A stretch of 64,000 nucleotides of DNA from contig NIVC01002077.1 in the NCBI GenBank assembly GCA_002269645.1, positions 142,825 to 206,824 on the forward strand, read 5' to 3'. Below the pieces are notes generated by a model, which saw only the letters and a list, made by a program, of their open reading frames with translations, searched no databases and was not told the origin of the DNA. The position numbers and the translations under genes are program-made. This DNA is from Macrostomum lignano. Taxonomy: Eukaryota. This document shows positions 37,795-50,112 of the stretch, in pieces (the stretch's first letter is position 1; every line of letters starts with the position of its first letter).

Positions 37795-40700
37795 CTGCGC
37801 GGGCGGGCGAGTGGGAGAGCTGGTGTTTTGGATCCGCTCGTTCTAGATTTAGTTTCCGCCCCAATGATATATTTTTAGTTTCCGCCCTAATGATCTATTT
37901 TTAGTTTCCGCCCCTATATTCTAGTTTTAGTTTCCGCCCCAATGATCTATTTTTAGTTTCCGCCCCAATGATCTATTTTTAGTTTCCGCCCCAATGATCT
38001 ATTTTTAGTTTCCGCCCCAATGATCTATTTTTAGTTTCCGCCCCAATGATCTATTTTTAGTTTCCGCCCCTAGATCCTGTCTTTAGTTTCCGCCCCTAGA
38101 TCCTGTCTTTAGTTTCCGCCCCTAGATCCTGTCTTTAGTTTCCGCCCCTAGATCCTGTCTTTAGTTTCGCGCAGCGGACCCCGCGCACCTGGGTAGGCGT
38201 CAGGTTGATCATCTGAGCCAGGTGCTCCCGCTCCGGTGCTGACAGGTACTTCTGCTTCTTGAACCGCCTCTCAAGCTCGAACACCTGCGCCTGGGTGAAC
38301 AGCACTCGCCGTTTTCGTCGCTGAGACATCGAGAACTGCAGGCCGCCGCCGACTCCGCCTCCTTTGGATTGACCCCCGGCATGTTGGTGGTCGTAGGCCG
38401 CCGCCAGGCCGCCCGGGATGCCCATGGTCAGGGACGCCGGCACGGAGCCATAGCTCATGGACCCCGCTGCACCGCCGGCTGCCGAGCTCATCAGGCGGGA
38501 CACTGTCAGGGGCGGGGGTTGCATGGTTTGAATAGCGGGACACTGTCAGGGGCGGGGGTTGCATGGTTTGGATAGCGGGACACTGTCAGGGGCGGGGTTG
38601 CATGGTTTGGATAGCGGGACACTGTCAGGGGCGGGGGTTGCATGGTTTGGATAGCGGGACACTGTCAGGGGCGGGGGTTGCATGGTTTGGATATCGGGAC
38701 ACTGTCAGGGGCGGGGGTTGCATGGTTTGAATAGCGGGACACTGTCAGGGGCGGGGGTTGCATGGTTTGGATAGCGGGACACTGTCAGGGGCGGGGGTTG
38801 CATGGTTTGGATAGCGGGACACTGTCAGGGGCGGGGGTTGCATGGTTTGGATAGCGGGACACTGTCAGGGGCGGGGGTTGCATGGTTTGGATAGCGGGAC
38901 ACTGTCAGGGGCGGGGGTTGCATGGTTTGGATAGCGGGACACTGTCAGGGGCGGGGGTTGCATGGTTTGGATAGCGGGACACTGTCAGGGGCGGGGGTTG
39001 CATGGTTTGGATAGCGGGACACTGTCAGGGGCGGGGGTTGCATGGTTTGGATAGCGGGACACTGTCAGGGGCGGGGGTTGCATGGTTTGGATAGCGGGAC
39101 ACTGTCAGGGGCGGGGGTTGCATGGTTTGGATAGCGGGACACTGTCAGGGGCGGGGGTTGCATGGTTTGGATAGCGGGACACTGTCAGGGGCGGGGGTTG
39201 CATGGTTTGGATAGCGGGACACTGTCAGGGGCGGGGGTTGCATGGTTTGGATAGCGGGCAGGATTTCCCATTGATGGAGGAAGCTGCTCGTGAGTCAGGA
39301 GTACGGAATGCGGGAAACACAGATCGATTCTGGGATGTGTCAGAGAGCTGAGAGAAAGGTCGTGTGTCAGGGAGGTGTTAGATGGGGTCAGTGGAGATCA
39401 TAGAATCCTTGAGAAGCTCAGGGAGGGCGTCAGAGAGGAGCTCAGAGCGGAGGTCAGAGAGAAGCTGATAGAGGGGGTCAGAGAAGAGCTCAGAGGGGGT
39501 CAGAGAGGCCCTGATAGGGGGAGGTCAGAGAGGAGCTCAGAGAGGGGGGTCAGAGAAGAGCTCAGAGGGGGGTCAGAAAGGAGCTCAGAGCGGGGGTCAG
39601 AGAGGAGCTCAGAGGGGGTCAGAGAGGCCCTGATAGGGGGAGGTCAGAGAGGAGCTCAGAGAGGGGGGTCAGAGAAGAGCTCAGAGGGGGGATGAGAGAG
39701 GAGCTCAGAGGAGGGGGTCAGGGAGGAGCTCAGAGCGGGGGTCAGAGAGGAGCTCAGAGGGGGGTCACAGACCCATCCTGAGGGGCAGGAGGTCACACAG
39801 CTCGCAGTCACGGGATGCAAGAATTAAGAAAGTCAGATTAAGAAAGTCAAGGCCAATTAACAAATTGGATTTAAACAATTAGAAAATCCTATTTTATTGT
39901 CAAGCGAGTTGAATCTTTATTCTGGAATATTTTGGCACAGCAACCGATTCTCAATAATCGGATTTCACTCATTCCAGGGCAATCCGATGGTTTTAGAAAG
40001 CAGCATGGGGGTCAGCCGGCCTGCATGTAAATTTGATTCCGAGTCAAATTGCGCAAGTGGGTATAATAATGCGTTTGATGGTGAGAAGGTTTTGACTCAA
40101 TTTGATCAATAATTTACTGCATCTTTTCTTAAATCAATTTGCACGATTCTCCTCTTCTGTAATAACCAAGTTAATACGACCCAATTCTAAATTGCCCGCA
40201 ACGCACCAAATACAGATTCAGAATGGCGTTTAACCAGTCATCAGAGTCAAAATGGCACCCATCGGATTCAAAATGGCACCCATCGGATTCAAAATGGCAC
40301 CCATCGGATTCAAAATGGCACCCATCGGATTCAAAATGGCACCCATCGGATTCAACATCGCACCCATCGGATTCAAAATGGCACCCATTGGATTCAAAAT
40401 GGCACCCATCGAATTCAACATCGCACCCATCGGATTCAAAATGGCACCCATCGGATTCAAAATCGCACCCATCGGATTCAAAATCGCACCCATCGGATTC
40501 AAAATCGCACCCATCGGATTCAAAATGGCACCCAGCAGATTCAACCCCCCCCCCCTCGAACTCACTGGTGGCAAGTCTCGGATCCGAGGCCGAGACGCCG
40601 GCAGCGGCGGCCGCCTGCTGGTACCAGGAGCTCCCCAGCTGGTGTCGCGGGTCGGCCGCGTACGGCGAGTCCGTCAGGTCGCCGGGCGGGACGGAGCCGC

Positions 40701-40974
40701 CGCTATTGTAGTAGGGACTGGCTGCTGGCGCGGTGTACATCGCAGTGGCGGCAGCGGCAGCGGCGGCAGCTGTGGAAGCACCTGCGGGGCTTTGATCGTC
40801 GACCTTCGATGGAGGCTCCTCGACAGGCAGCGCAGCGGTGGCGCTGTTCAACAGAATGTCGCTGACGCGAAACGACTGCTGCTGCTGGTGATGCTGATGC
40901 TGGTGCTGGTGCTGATGCTGGTGCTGATTGCTGATGCCGAGATCCCCGTTAATCTGCTGCTGCTGCTGCTGCAT
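37273..40974 (-). CDS. NKX2-1: NK2.1 / scarecrow-type homeobox transcription factor, 3 exons, 414 aa
   Basis: Exons 40974-40566, 38502-38189, 37794-37273 (1245 nt, phases 1 and 0). TN/eh1 motif SFRVSDILL. Homeodomain [44 protein letters not shown]|[14 protein letters not shown] carries the NK2-diagnostic Tyr54. DPRLATMSRLM forms across intron 1, and the protein ends in a C-terminal Trp. Confidence 0.95.
37845..38168. repeat. 26-bp minisatellite (AGTTTCCGCCCCAATGATCTATTTTT switching to AGTTTCCGCCCCTAGATCCTGTCTTT), NK2.1 intron 2
   Basis: Visible. Confidence 0.93.
38189..38502 (-). CDS. NKX2-1: NK2.1 exon 2 (homeodomain helices 1-2)
   Basis: CCCTGACAG|TG acceptor, CAG|GTGCGC donor. Confidence 0.93.
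38495..39258. repeat. 40-bp minisatellite x19 overlapping the NK2.1 intron 1/exon 2 junction
   Basis: Unit GCGGGACACTGTCAGGGGCGGGGGTTGCATGGTTTGGATA. Confidence 0.95.
39400..39770. repeat. GA-rich about 23-bp minisatellite (GAGAGGAGCTCAGAGGGGGGTCA), NK2.1 intron 1
   Basis: Visible, degenerate. Confidence 0.88.
40245..40535. repeat. 21-bp minisatellite (ATGGCACCCATCGGATTCAAA) x about 14, NK2.1 intron 1
   Basis: Visible. Confidence 0.95.
40566..40974 (-). CDS. NKX2-1: NK2.1 exon 1 (polyQ/QH, TN domain)
   Basis: ATG at 40974 with an in-frame stop just upstream; donor A|GTGAGT. Confidence 0.88.
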
Positions 40975-41329
40975 CCAACTGGTTTATTGCGAATAGCGGA
41001 CCAGGACTGTAGATATAAATTTCTCTGAGCATAGACCTGCCAACTGGACTCACTGATTGCTGCCACTTCAAGGGTGTCGGGGGTGGAGTAGAGAATGGGG
41101 GCGCCCGCCCACCCCCCCTCCAGCCGCCCGACCAGTGAAGGCCGCCCTAGTGGCTCGGGTCGCAGCCAATGAGGCCAATGAGGGGGCGGTGACCAGAGAA
41201 ATAGAATAGAGGGAGGGAATCGCGTCTTTATCTGTTTTGTGCTCAGAGCTCTTCTGATTTAACTGGCGCCCGACCTGAGAATGAGAGATGGATTTTGGCG
41301 TCATTTAAAAAATATTGGCGTCACTCAGA

Positions 41330-42037
41330 TATAGATATTGGCGTCATTCGGGTATAGATATTGGCGTCATTCAGATAGATATTGGCGTCATTCAGATATA
41401 GATATTGACGTCATTCAGATATACATGTAGATATAGGGCATCATTCAGATAGATATTTTCGTCATTCAGATGTAGATATAGGGCATCATTCAGATAGATA
41501 TTTTCGTCATTCAGATGTAGATATAGGGCATCATTCAGATAGATATTTTCGTCATTCAGATATAGATATTGGGCATCATTCAGATATAGATATTTTCGTC
41601 ATTCAGATATAGATATTTTCGTCATACAGATATAGATATTGGGCATCATTCAGATATAGATATTTTCGTCATACAGATATAGATATTTTCGTCATTCAGA
41701 TATAGATATTGACGTCATTCAGATATACATGTAGATATAGGGCATCATTCAGAATTCAGATAGATATTTTCGTCATTCAGATGTAGATATAGGGCATCAT
41801 TCAGATAGATATTTTCGTCATTCAGATGTAGATATAGGGCATCATTCAGATAGATATTTTCGTCATTCAGATATAGATATTGGGCATCATTCAGATATAG
41901 ATATTTTCGTCATTCAGATATAGATATTTTCGTCATACAGATATAGATATTGGGCATCATTCAGATATAGATATTTTCGTCATACAGATATAGATATTTT
42001 CGTCATTCAGATATAGATATTGACGTCATTCAGATAT
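41330..42037. repeat. About 23-bp minisatellite (GATATAGATATTTTCGTCATTCA) upstream of NK2.1
   Basis: Visible, with an internal block duplication of about 300 bp. Confidence 0.9.
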
Positions 42038-42539
42038 ACTCCTGGATACAAGATAGAGTCAGACATTGGCGCCGGCAAGACAGTGAGGGTTATCATATCT
42101 AGATAACCAAGCAGAACAATCAGTTAGGATTGATAAATGAATGGCATCTATCTGCCTCCTGGGGGGGGGGGTCAAAGCAATTGAGGAAGATACAGTCGCA
42201 GAGGCACAACTATATTGACGCTCCGAGCTCTTATTCTTATTGCTATTGCTACTGCAGTGTATAGAATGGCTAATAGCTAACAGCTAATCAGATAAAAAAA
42301 ACGTGGAATCTACGAGTTACAACAAGGCCTTGCAAATGCTTCAACTCACCACATGTTGCTCGCATATAGAAGATCAGTATCGGATTGGTTAACAATAAAT
42401 GGGGCCATTTATAGGTAAAGAAAGGCTCTCTCTAAGAGATATGCTGTAGGAAAGAAGGTCTATAGGACACGCATGGACTGAGACGGGAGACGGGAGACGA
42501 CAGTGGAGATTGAAGAGAGTTAAATAGATCAAGAAAAGA

Positions 42540-43335
42540 GAGATGGGAGAAGAGAGGAGAGGGAAGGTAAAGGAGGAGAAGAGAGGTAAGAGAGGAGAGG
42601 ATAAGATAAGATTGGAGACGAGACGAGAAGAGACGAGAGGAGACGAGAAGAGACGAGAGGAGAGGAGAGGAGGGGAGAGGAGAGGAGAGGAAAGGAGAGG
42701 AGAGGAGACGAGAGGAAAAGAGAGGAGACGAGAGGAGACGAGAGGAGAGGAGAGGAGAGGAGAGGAGAAGAGAGGAGAGGATAGGAGAGGAGAGGAGAGG
42801 AGAGGAGACGAGAGGTAAGAGAGGAGAGGATAAGATAAGATTGGAGACGAGACGAGAAGAGACGAGACGAGACGAGAAGAGACGAGAGGAGAGGAGAGGA
42901 GACGAGAGGAGAGGAGAGGAGAGGAGAGGAGACGAGAGGAGAGGAGAGGAGAGGAGAGGAGACGAGACGAGACGAGACGAGAGGAGAGGAGAGGAGAGGA
43001 GAGGAGAGGAGAGGAGAGGAGAGGAGAGGAGAGGAGGGGAGAGAAGAGAGGAGAGGAGAAGAGAGTAGAGGAGAGTAGAGGAGAGGAGAGGAGACGAGAG
43101 GAGAGGAGAGGAGAGGAGAGGAGAGGAGAGGAGAGGAGAGGAGAGGAGAGGAGAGGAGAGGAGATGAGAGGAGAGGAGAGGAGATGAGAGGAGAGGAGAT
43201 GAGAGGAGAGGAGAGGAGAGGAGAGGAGAGGAGAGGAGATGAGAGGAGAGGAGAGGAGATGAGAGGAGAGGAGATGAGAGGAGAGGAGAGGAGAGGAGAG
43301 GAGAGGAGAGGAGAGGAGAGGAGAGGAGAGGAGAG
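42540..43335. repeat. (GAGAG)n pentamer microsatellite
   Basis: Visible. Confidence 0.95.
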
Positions 43336-44374
43336 GTTAGGCTAGAGCAATCAAGTGCCTATAATTACATGAATTGGTTGCGCGATTTCGCAACCCGGCT
43401 GGCCAAATATTTGTCAGCTTTGCTCAATGACCGTTGAAAATCGAACACAGACGCAAACACAGTTCAATGTATGGTTCAGATCGGATGGGATTAGAGAACG
43501 GGTGTTTGCGGAAATGCTTTTTCTTGAGTTTGTTCGTTCATCTCATATCTGCTTAATGCAGTCCGCCTCGCATACATAAGTAGCGTCTGCTTGCAGTCTC
43601 CAACTGGTTCGATATATAAAATGCTTGTTAGAAAACCGCCCCAAGGGCTTATAGCTCTGTATAGATAGATTGTGTGCACTGGAGACTGGGTCAGAAATTA
43701 ATATTCAAACATCTGCAGATCACTTATTGATACGCGGCGCCAATAAGGATTTATTTATAGCCCAATAACTCGAAGGGCTTGGGGACAAATTCTATTACAG
43801 GAGTGATTGGACTAGAAACTTTCAATAAATTAATAACTATCTCAGGTAAGCTAATGCAGACACTTTGAAACTTTTCTCAAATTCCAAAACTTCGAGTTTT
43901 GCTTCGCTCCCCCCCCCCCAAGGCACAGCCGCCGGAACCAACGTCTCTATAGGGTTCCAATTTGTTTGAAGTGGGGATCTCCCGGCACTTGGGCATCTGT
44001 CTGTCCTTCGAGCATATGCATAGTAATGAATAGATCCCATTCAATGCCCTATGCCATCTACCTGGCCAGGTGTTAATGACTGACCAATATATATTGTGTC
44101 CCTATCTAAGATGAGCCGTCAACTGTGCGGTCTGTGTGACCTTTCTCTTGCGCGAACTTGAGCAGACAGTCAGATCTTGAACTTGCTCTCCCGATACAAC
44201 TCTGGATCAATAACTGCACTGGCCCTTAAGGCCATCTGGTCATGTAGACGGGTTGGGTTCTGCATGCTTGCACCTCTGAGAGTGGCCCAGCCAGTGCGCT
44301 TTCGCTCCGCAGTGTGCCTGCCGCCGCATGGGAGACAGCGACTCCTCTTTGTTTTGTCCTTGCAATATCCACTC

Positions 44375-44975
44375 TTCTTCTCCGCTCTTCTCCGCTCTTC
44401 TCCGCTCTTCTCCGCTCTTCTCCGCTAATCTCTCCCCTCTTCTCCGCTTATCTCCGCTCTTCTCCGCTTATCTCCGCTCTTCTCCGCTCTTCTCCGCTCT
44501 TCTCCGCTCTTATCTGCTCTTCTCCGCTTATCTCCGCTCTTCTCCGCTTATCTCCGCTCTTCTCCGCTCTTCTCCGCTCTTCTCCGCTCTTCTCATTGGA
44601 AGCTCTTTTCCTCTTCTCTGCTCGTCTCTCCTGCAATAGTTTTGCTTTCATGCCACTCGCCCTACATCTCTCCACGCTCGCCCTACATCTCTCCACGCTC
44701 GCCCTACATCTCTCCACGCTCGCCCTACATCTCTCCACGCTCGCCCTACATCTCTCCACACTCGCCCTACATCTCTCCACGCTCGCCTTACTACATCTCT
44801 CCATGCTCGCCCTACATCTCTCCACGCTCGCCCTACATCTCTCCACGCTCGCCCTACATCTCTCCATGCTCGCCCTACATCTCTCCACGCTCGCCCTACA
44901 TCTCTCCACGCTCGCCCTACATCTCTCCATGCTCGCCCTACATCTCTCCACGCTCGCCCTACATCTCTCCATGCT
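44375..44975. repeat. Adjacent 10-bp (TTCTCCGCTC) and 21-bp (CTCGCCCTACATCTCTCCACG) arrays
   Basis: 44375-44590 and 44650-44975. Confidence 0.93.
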
Positions 44976-45519
44976 CACAGCTGCTTGTTGGTTTCCTAAT
45001 TTCAAAGACTCAAACGAAATATCTTGCTTTTAACAGAGTCAAGCTTAATTTCGTTGTGGCTCGTTACTCTGCAGAGAGAGCGCGTATTTTCATTCGTTCA
45101 AGAGGGTCACGTGACCTCCCCGCCGGCACCCTCCAGACCGGCTGGCTGTTTGCCTCCAGTGAAGAGAAGTCAGTCAAACAGTCGCAATATGCCAGTCTGT
45201 ATTGGCATTGCTGCTTTTTTGCTACAAAACCTGCCGTGTTGACACTGCGGATGGAAATCTGGCCAATGTTTCAGGCTCTCCTCATTGTAAACACTTCACA
45301 ATTATTGGGCTCCATATATTTGTTATAAATGGTTCCCATTAGAACCAGTTGTGTGCTCAACCAACTCACTTGAAAGCAGTTCAGCATGCGGTTGCCATGG
45401 TGATTTCCCCAGTGCTTTAATTTCGAAATGCTTAGTTTAATTGAACAATTCTCATGGGAAAATATGTATTTAACGAATAAACTTCGTTCGTTAAATACAA
45501 ATCGGAAAATCGCCCCCCC

Positions 45520-46130
45520 CCCCGAGAATCGTTCTATGAGAATCATCCTTTGAGAATCGCCCCGAGAGAATCGTTCTTTAAGAATCGCCCGTTTATTATC
45601 GCCCCCTGAGAATCGCCGCTAAGAATCGCCCCTGAAAATCGCTCTTTGAGAATCGCCCTTTTATAATTGTCTTTTTGAGAATCGCCCCCTGAGAATCGCC
45701 CCTGAGAATCGCTCTTTGAGAATCGCCCTTTTAGAATCGCCACCAGAGAATCGTTTTTTAAGAATCGCCCGTTCATTATCGCCCCCTGAGAATCGCCCCT
45801 GAAAATCGCTCTTTGAGAATCGCCCTTTTAGAATTGTCCTTTTGAGAATCGCCCTCTGAGAACCGCCCTTTGAGAATCGCCCTTTGAGAATCGCCCTTTG
45901 AGAATCGCCCTTTGAGAATCGCCCCCCTGAGAATCGTTCTTTGAGAATCGCCCTTTTATAATTGTCCTTTGAGAATCGCCTTTTGAGAATCGCCCTTTGA
46001 GAATCGCCCCCTGAGAATCGATCTTTGAGAATCGCCCTTTTGGAATTGTTTTTTTGAGAATCGTCCTCTGAGAACCGCCTTTTAAGAATCGCTCTGAAAA
46101 TCGCACTTTGAAAAGCGTCCTTTGAGAATG
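45520..46130. repeat. Degenerate GAGAATCGCCC-core minisatellite
   Basis: Visible. Confidence 0.9.
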
Positions 46131-46844
46131 ATCTAATAAGACTATAAGAGTAGTTTGTCTGGAAAATAGTCTCTAATTTAAATCAACCCATCTTAGGGTT
46201 AACAATGACCCTTTAGTAATGAAGAAAATTCTCAGGCATAAGCAGCCCACAGCCAAGCAGCTCCATAGCAGTGCAGACAACATTAACACGCCAGAAGCAG
46301 GAGGGAGGCTGCGTGCTGAGTTCCGCAGAATCCAATTCCAACCCTCCGGCAAGGCGTCAGTCGCGCCTCGATCAATAATGGCCGAATTTTATGCAGCCTC
46401 CGCCGAGGAGGCCCAGAGCCGAGGTCTGGAGTGCCAACTCTAAGGACAGCGCGCAGTTCCTCAGTTTACAGAATAACAACTAAAGTTCTGCTGAATCACT
46501 TGTGTAAACTTGGTCTGATTTTGATTTTATAGCTCAAAAACAATTCATGCACAGAATTAATCTGTTTCTTTAGCATGCAGCGCTGGCCTCGTAGCTTCTC
46601 CAGATATCCGTAACTGGTCTCCTTGGTTTTACATGAGCTCCCAGCTTCCCCAGTTTTGCCACATCACTGCAGCATAGTCACCCCCCCCCCTATTTCTTTA
46701 CTCTCCTAAAACTGCTGATTGAATTGGCGCCACTGTTTTATTCCATCTACTCGTATCTACTTGTAAACCGTGATAGGGGAAAGCTATTTAACACACTGAG
46801 TATAGTGTACAGCTACAGTTGGAGCTATAGCGTAGTTTTGGTAG

Positions 46845-47270
46845 CTTAGACTGACATTGTGGTGCTTAGATACTGATATTGTGGTGCTTAGGTACTGACA
46901 TTGTGGTGCTTAGATACTGACATTTGTGGTGCTTAGATACTGACATTGTGGTGCATAGATACTGACATTGTGGTGCATAGATACTGACATTGTGGTGCAT
47001 AGACTGACATTGTGGGGCTTAGATACTGACATTGTGGTGCATAGACTGACATTGTGATGCTTAGATACTGACATTGTGGTGCTTAGATACTGACATTGTG
47101 GTGCTTAGATACTGACATTGTGGTGCTTAGATATTGACATTGTGGTGCATAGACTGACATTGTGGTGCATAGACTGACATTGTGGTGCTTAGACTGACAT
47201 TGTGGTGCTTATACTGACCTTGTGGTGCTTAGATTGAAATTTTAGCGTTTAGACTGACATTGTAGCGTTT
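46845..47270. repeat. 22-bp minisatellite (TGTGGTGCTTAGATACTGACAT)
   Basis: Visible. Confidence 0.93.
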
Positions 47271-47819
47271 AGATATTTTGTGCTTAGAAAAACTCATGGG
47301 GCTGCACTCAAATATCAGTTAGTGAGCAAAATGCAGCCGAATCTGAAACCTACAATTCAAGAAATATAAACAAAAATTCCCTACTTAAATTCAAACATTT
47401 CCTAACGTGTAACTCCTACTTTCAGTAGTCTCCTGGAAAAACTTTCCTTCGAGATTTCGTATCTTTGTCGGGTGTAATTTTTTTGAAAATCATCGAGCAT
47501 CTTCGCTCGGGGCCTCCCCTCTGATAGAGATTCGATTGAAATGGGAAATCTTTGGAATTAGGGAACATGCAAGTAGTCGGGGTAGTCAGCAGAAATTGTC
47601 CCATAATTCCAGAGTCTCCGGCCCGCAAAATCTTTGTTAAAAATGTGACCGGTTGCTGCATCAGGCTCCGCCCAGATTGGCTTACCGGTGATTCGGTAAT
47701 TACAGACAGGGAGGCTTAGGGGACGTTTCGTCGGAGGTGCTTGAGGTTGAGAAAATGATGAAATCAAGAAACTCAGACTCCAGCCAACATAGCCACTGTT
47801 GAGGGTGCTGGTCTGTTGT

Positions 47820-48195
47820 TGGGCGTCCCTGTCTCTTGGTGGGCGCCCTGTCTCTTGGTGGGCGCCTCTGTCTCTTGGTGAACGCCCCTGTCTTTGGGTT
47901 GGCGCCCCTGTCCCTGGGTTGGCGCCCCTGTCTCTGGGTTGGCGCTCCTATCGCTGGGTTGGCGCCCCTGTCTCTGGGTTGGCGCCCTTGTCTCTGGGTT
48001 GGCGCCCCTGTCTCTGGGTTGGCGCCCTTGTCTCTGGGTTGGCGCCCCTGTCTCTGGGTTGGCGCCCTTGTCTCTGGGTTGGCGCCCTGTCTCTGGGTTG
48101 GCGCCCCTGTCTCTGGGTTGGCGCCCCTGTCTCTGGGTTGGCGCCCTTGTCTCTGGGTTGGCGCCCTGTCTCTGGACTAGCGCCCTTGTCTCTGC
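47820..48195. repeat. 20-bp minisatellite (TCTCTGGGTTGGCGCCCCTG)
   Basis: Visible. Confidence 0.93.
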
Positions 48196-48669
48196 CTCCA
48201 AGAGTGGTAGGTGGCAAAATTGAGCTCTTGCCATTCGTTCAGCTTGGATGCTTTTTTCTTTAGTTCTTGGAGGAGCGCATTTTAATGTGGGCGATTGGGG
48301 GAGGGGCCGCTGCCTTAACCAGTAACTATAGACCAAAAAGCGACCACAACTTTCCTCAAAAGCACCCCGCACCCGACACCCTGAAAATACCCCTAATCCG
48401 TAGTTTAGTTTAAACTTTTGGCCCATGAGATCGGGAACGGCTTAATAAATACGCTCGTATAAAAGGATTACCGTTGATTTCTTATCACCTGAAAAGTGAA
48501 ATTCTTGCCGGCAAATCAGAGCTTGAATACCTGCCCAATCAAACAGTTCTCCCACTTGAGGGTAAGATAAAAAAGGAAAAATTTGCGACCCACGGCCGAC
48601 AAGCTGCCTCAAAATTCAATCAATCAATCAAGACTCAGACACAAAGAACGAACCAACTAAAAACAGCAA

Positions 48670-50112
48670 ATGTCGGAATCGATGATTAACGGCATGAAAG
48701 TCGTCTGGAAGTTGCTGGGCATTCTGAGCGCCTTGGGCATTCTGGGCAACGCTGTCGTACTCGCCACGATCATTTTAGTCCGGAAGTCCAAGTTGCACAC
48801 AGCGCTGCGCATCTACCTGGGCCATCTGGCCTTGGCGGACATTCTTCACCTGCTGGGAATTCTGCCCATGGTCTACATGGCCGAGGTGGACAGCTGGGCC
48901 TGGGGCCTGCCAGGATGCGCCATCTATCACGCGATGCACTACGTCAACTGGACAGCCGGGATCTTCATCGTCACCGCCATGGCATTCGACCGCTACATCA
49001 GCGTGGTGAAGCCGCAGTTTGCCGCAACACTACGCAGCAGCCGCTTCGTGTGGGGCCTGCTCACGGCTCTGTGGCTCCTCAGCGCTGTAGTGGTGAGTCC
49101 AATGGCCGTGCACTCCAGACTGATGATGTCGATTAAGCCGAACTCAACCAGCAAATCGGTTCGGCAGAACTGCGGCCACAAAGTCAGCACGAGCCATGCC
49201 GCTGCATTCAATGTCTCGCTGGTGGTCAGCGAGCAGACCTTCGATTCTAAGCTGGTCAGTCACTATCCCAGTCTGGCCCTGGCCAGGAAGGCCATGTTCG
49301 CTGCCTGCGGCATCCTGCCATTTGTGCTGCTGGTCATCTTCTACGCCTTCATTGTTCGCACGCTGATTGTCAAGGTGAAAAAGGTGAAAAAAGTAGCAAA
49401 ACTTTTGAGGAAGCTGCTGGACCGCGTCAGCCGAGTAGTGACGGCAATTATTTTACTAAACTTTGCCTGCTCACTGCTCTATTGGATACAAGTTGAATTA
49501 GCCTCGAGAAGCCTCATACCCCAGCACACTCAGATTGTGATGCTTCACTTGACCACCGCCATGGGCTACCTAAACAGCGCCTGCAATCCGGTGCTCTACG
49601 CCTGCTGCCAAGACTTCTGGAACGATCTGAAGGAGCTTCTTGCCCGAGTTGGCCGCTGCTGCATGCGGCAGTGCGAGACCGTTTCTATGGTCGACAGCGA
49701 CTTGGCCGAAGCCTGCGAACTTCAGGCTTTGGAAAGCTTCGCCAGTCACCGTCAGGCTGACGATGGGGACAAGCAACTGACGGTAGATGACCAGGTGCTT
49801 CTGAGCTCGTCAGTGTCGGATTTCATTGCCTATCAAGCCAGTGTCCGGATGGCGGCGCGCCGCAACGCGCCAACTGCATACCGCCGCGGGAGCAGCAGCA
49901 CAGCAGGGCCGAGCCGCAGCGGTGGAGGCACCAAAACCCTGGAGAACCGAATAGACTTTATCGTTCACGCCACTCCGACCGAAGAAGTTTGCAATAACTC
50001 AATCCGATGCGAGCTTATTGGGGACGATGATGAGGATGAAGAAGTACTGCATCCAAATCTGCTCCCATCGCTGTTTAGCGATGCAGTTTGCAACGATGAA
50101 GAAACCGGTTGA
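48670..50112 (+). CDS. Intronless rhodopsin-family (class A) GPCR, peptide-receptor type (somatostatin/urotensin/MCH-receptor-like), 480 aa
   Basis: Seven hydrophobic segments with GN (TM1), LALAD (TM2), WAWG..C (ECL1/TM3), DRY, a TM4 Trp, an ECL2 Cys, a TM5 Pro and NSACNPVLY (NPxxY). The subtype is not resolvable by eye. Confidence 0.9.
   Translation: MSESMINGMKVVWKLLGILSALGILGNAVVLATIILVRKSKLHTALRIYLGHLALADILHLLGILPMVYMAEVDSWAWGLPGCAIYHAMHYVNWTAGIFIVTAMAFDRYISVVKPQFAATLRSSRFVWGLLTALWLLSAVVVSPMAVHSRLMMSIKPNSTSKSVRQNCGHKVSTSHAAAFNVSLVVSEQTFDSKLVSHYPSLALARKAMFAACGILPFVLLVIFYAFIVRTLIVKVKKVKKVAKLLRKLLDRVSRVVTAIILLNFACSLLYWIQVELASRSLIPQHTQIVMLHLTTAMGYLNSACNPVLYACCQDFWNDLKELLARVGRCCMRQCETVSMVDSDLAEACELQALESFASHRQADDGDKQLTVDDQVLLSSSVSDFIAYQASVRMAARRNAPTAYRRGSSSTAGPSRSGGGTKTLENRIDFIVHATPTEEVCNNSIRCELIGDDDEDEEVLHPNLLPSLFSDAVCNDEETG

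Noticed and set aside
40848-41066. Upstream ORF MAAISESS... as the NK2.1 N-terminus
   Set aside because: It is in a different frame from the TN domain and ends at 40848; it could at most be an overlapping uORF.
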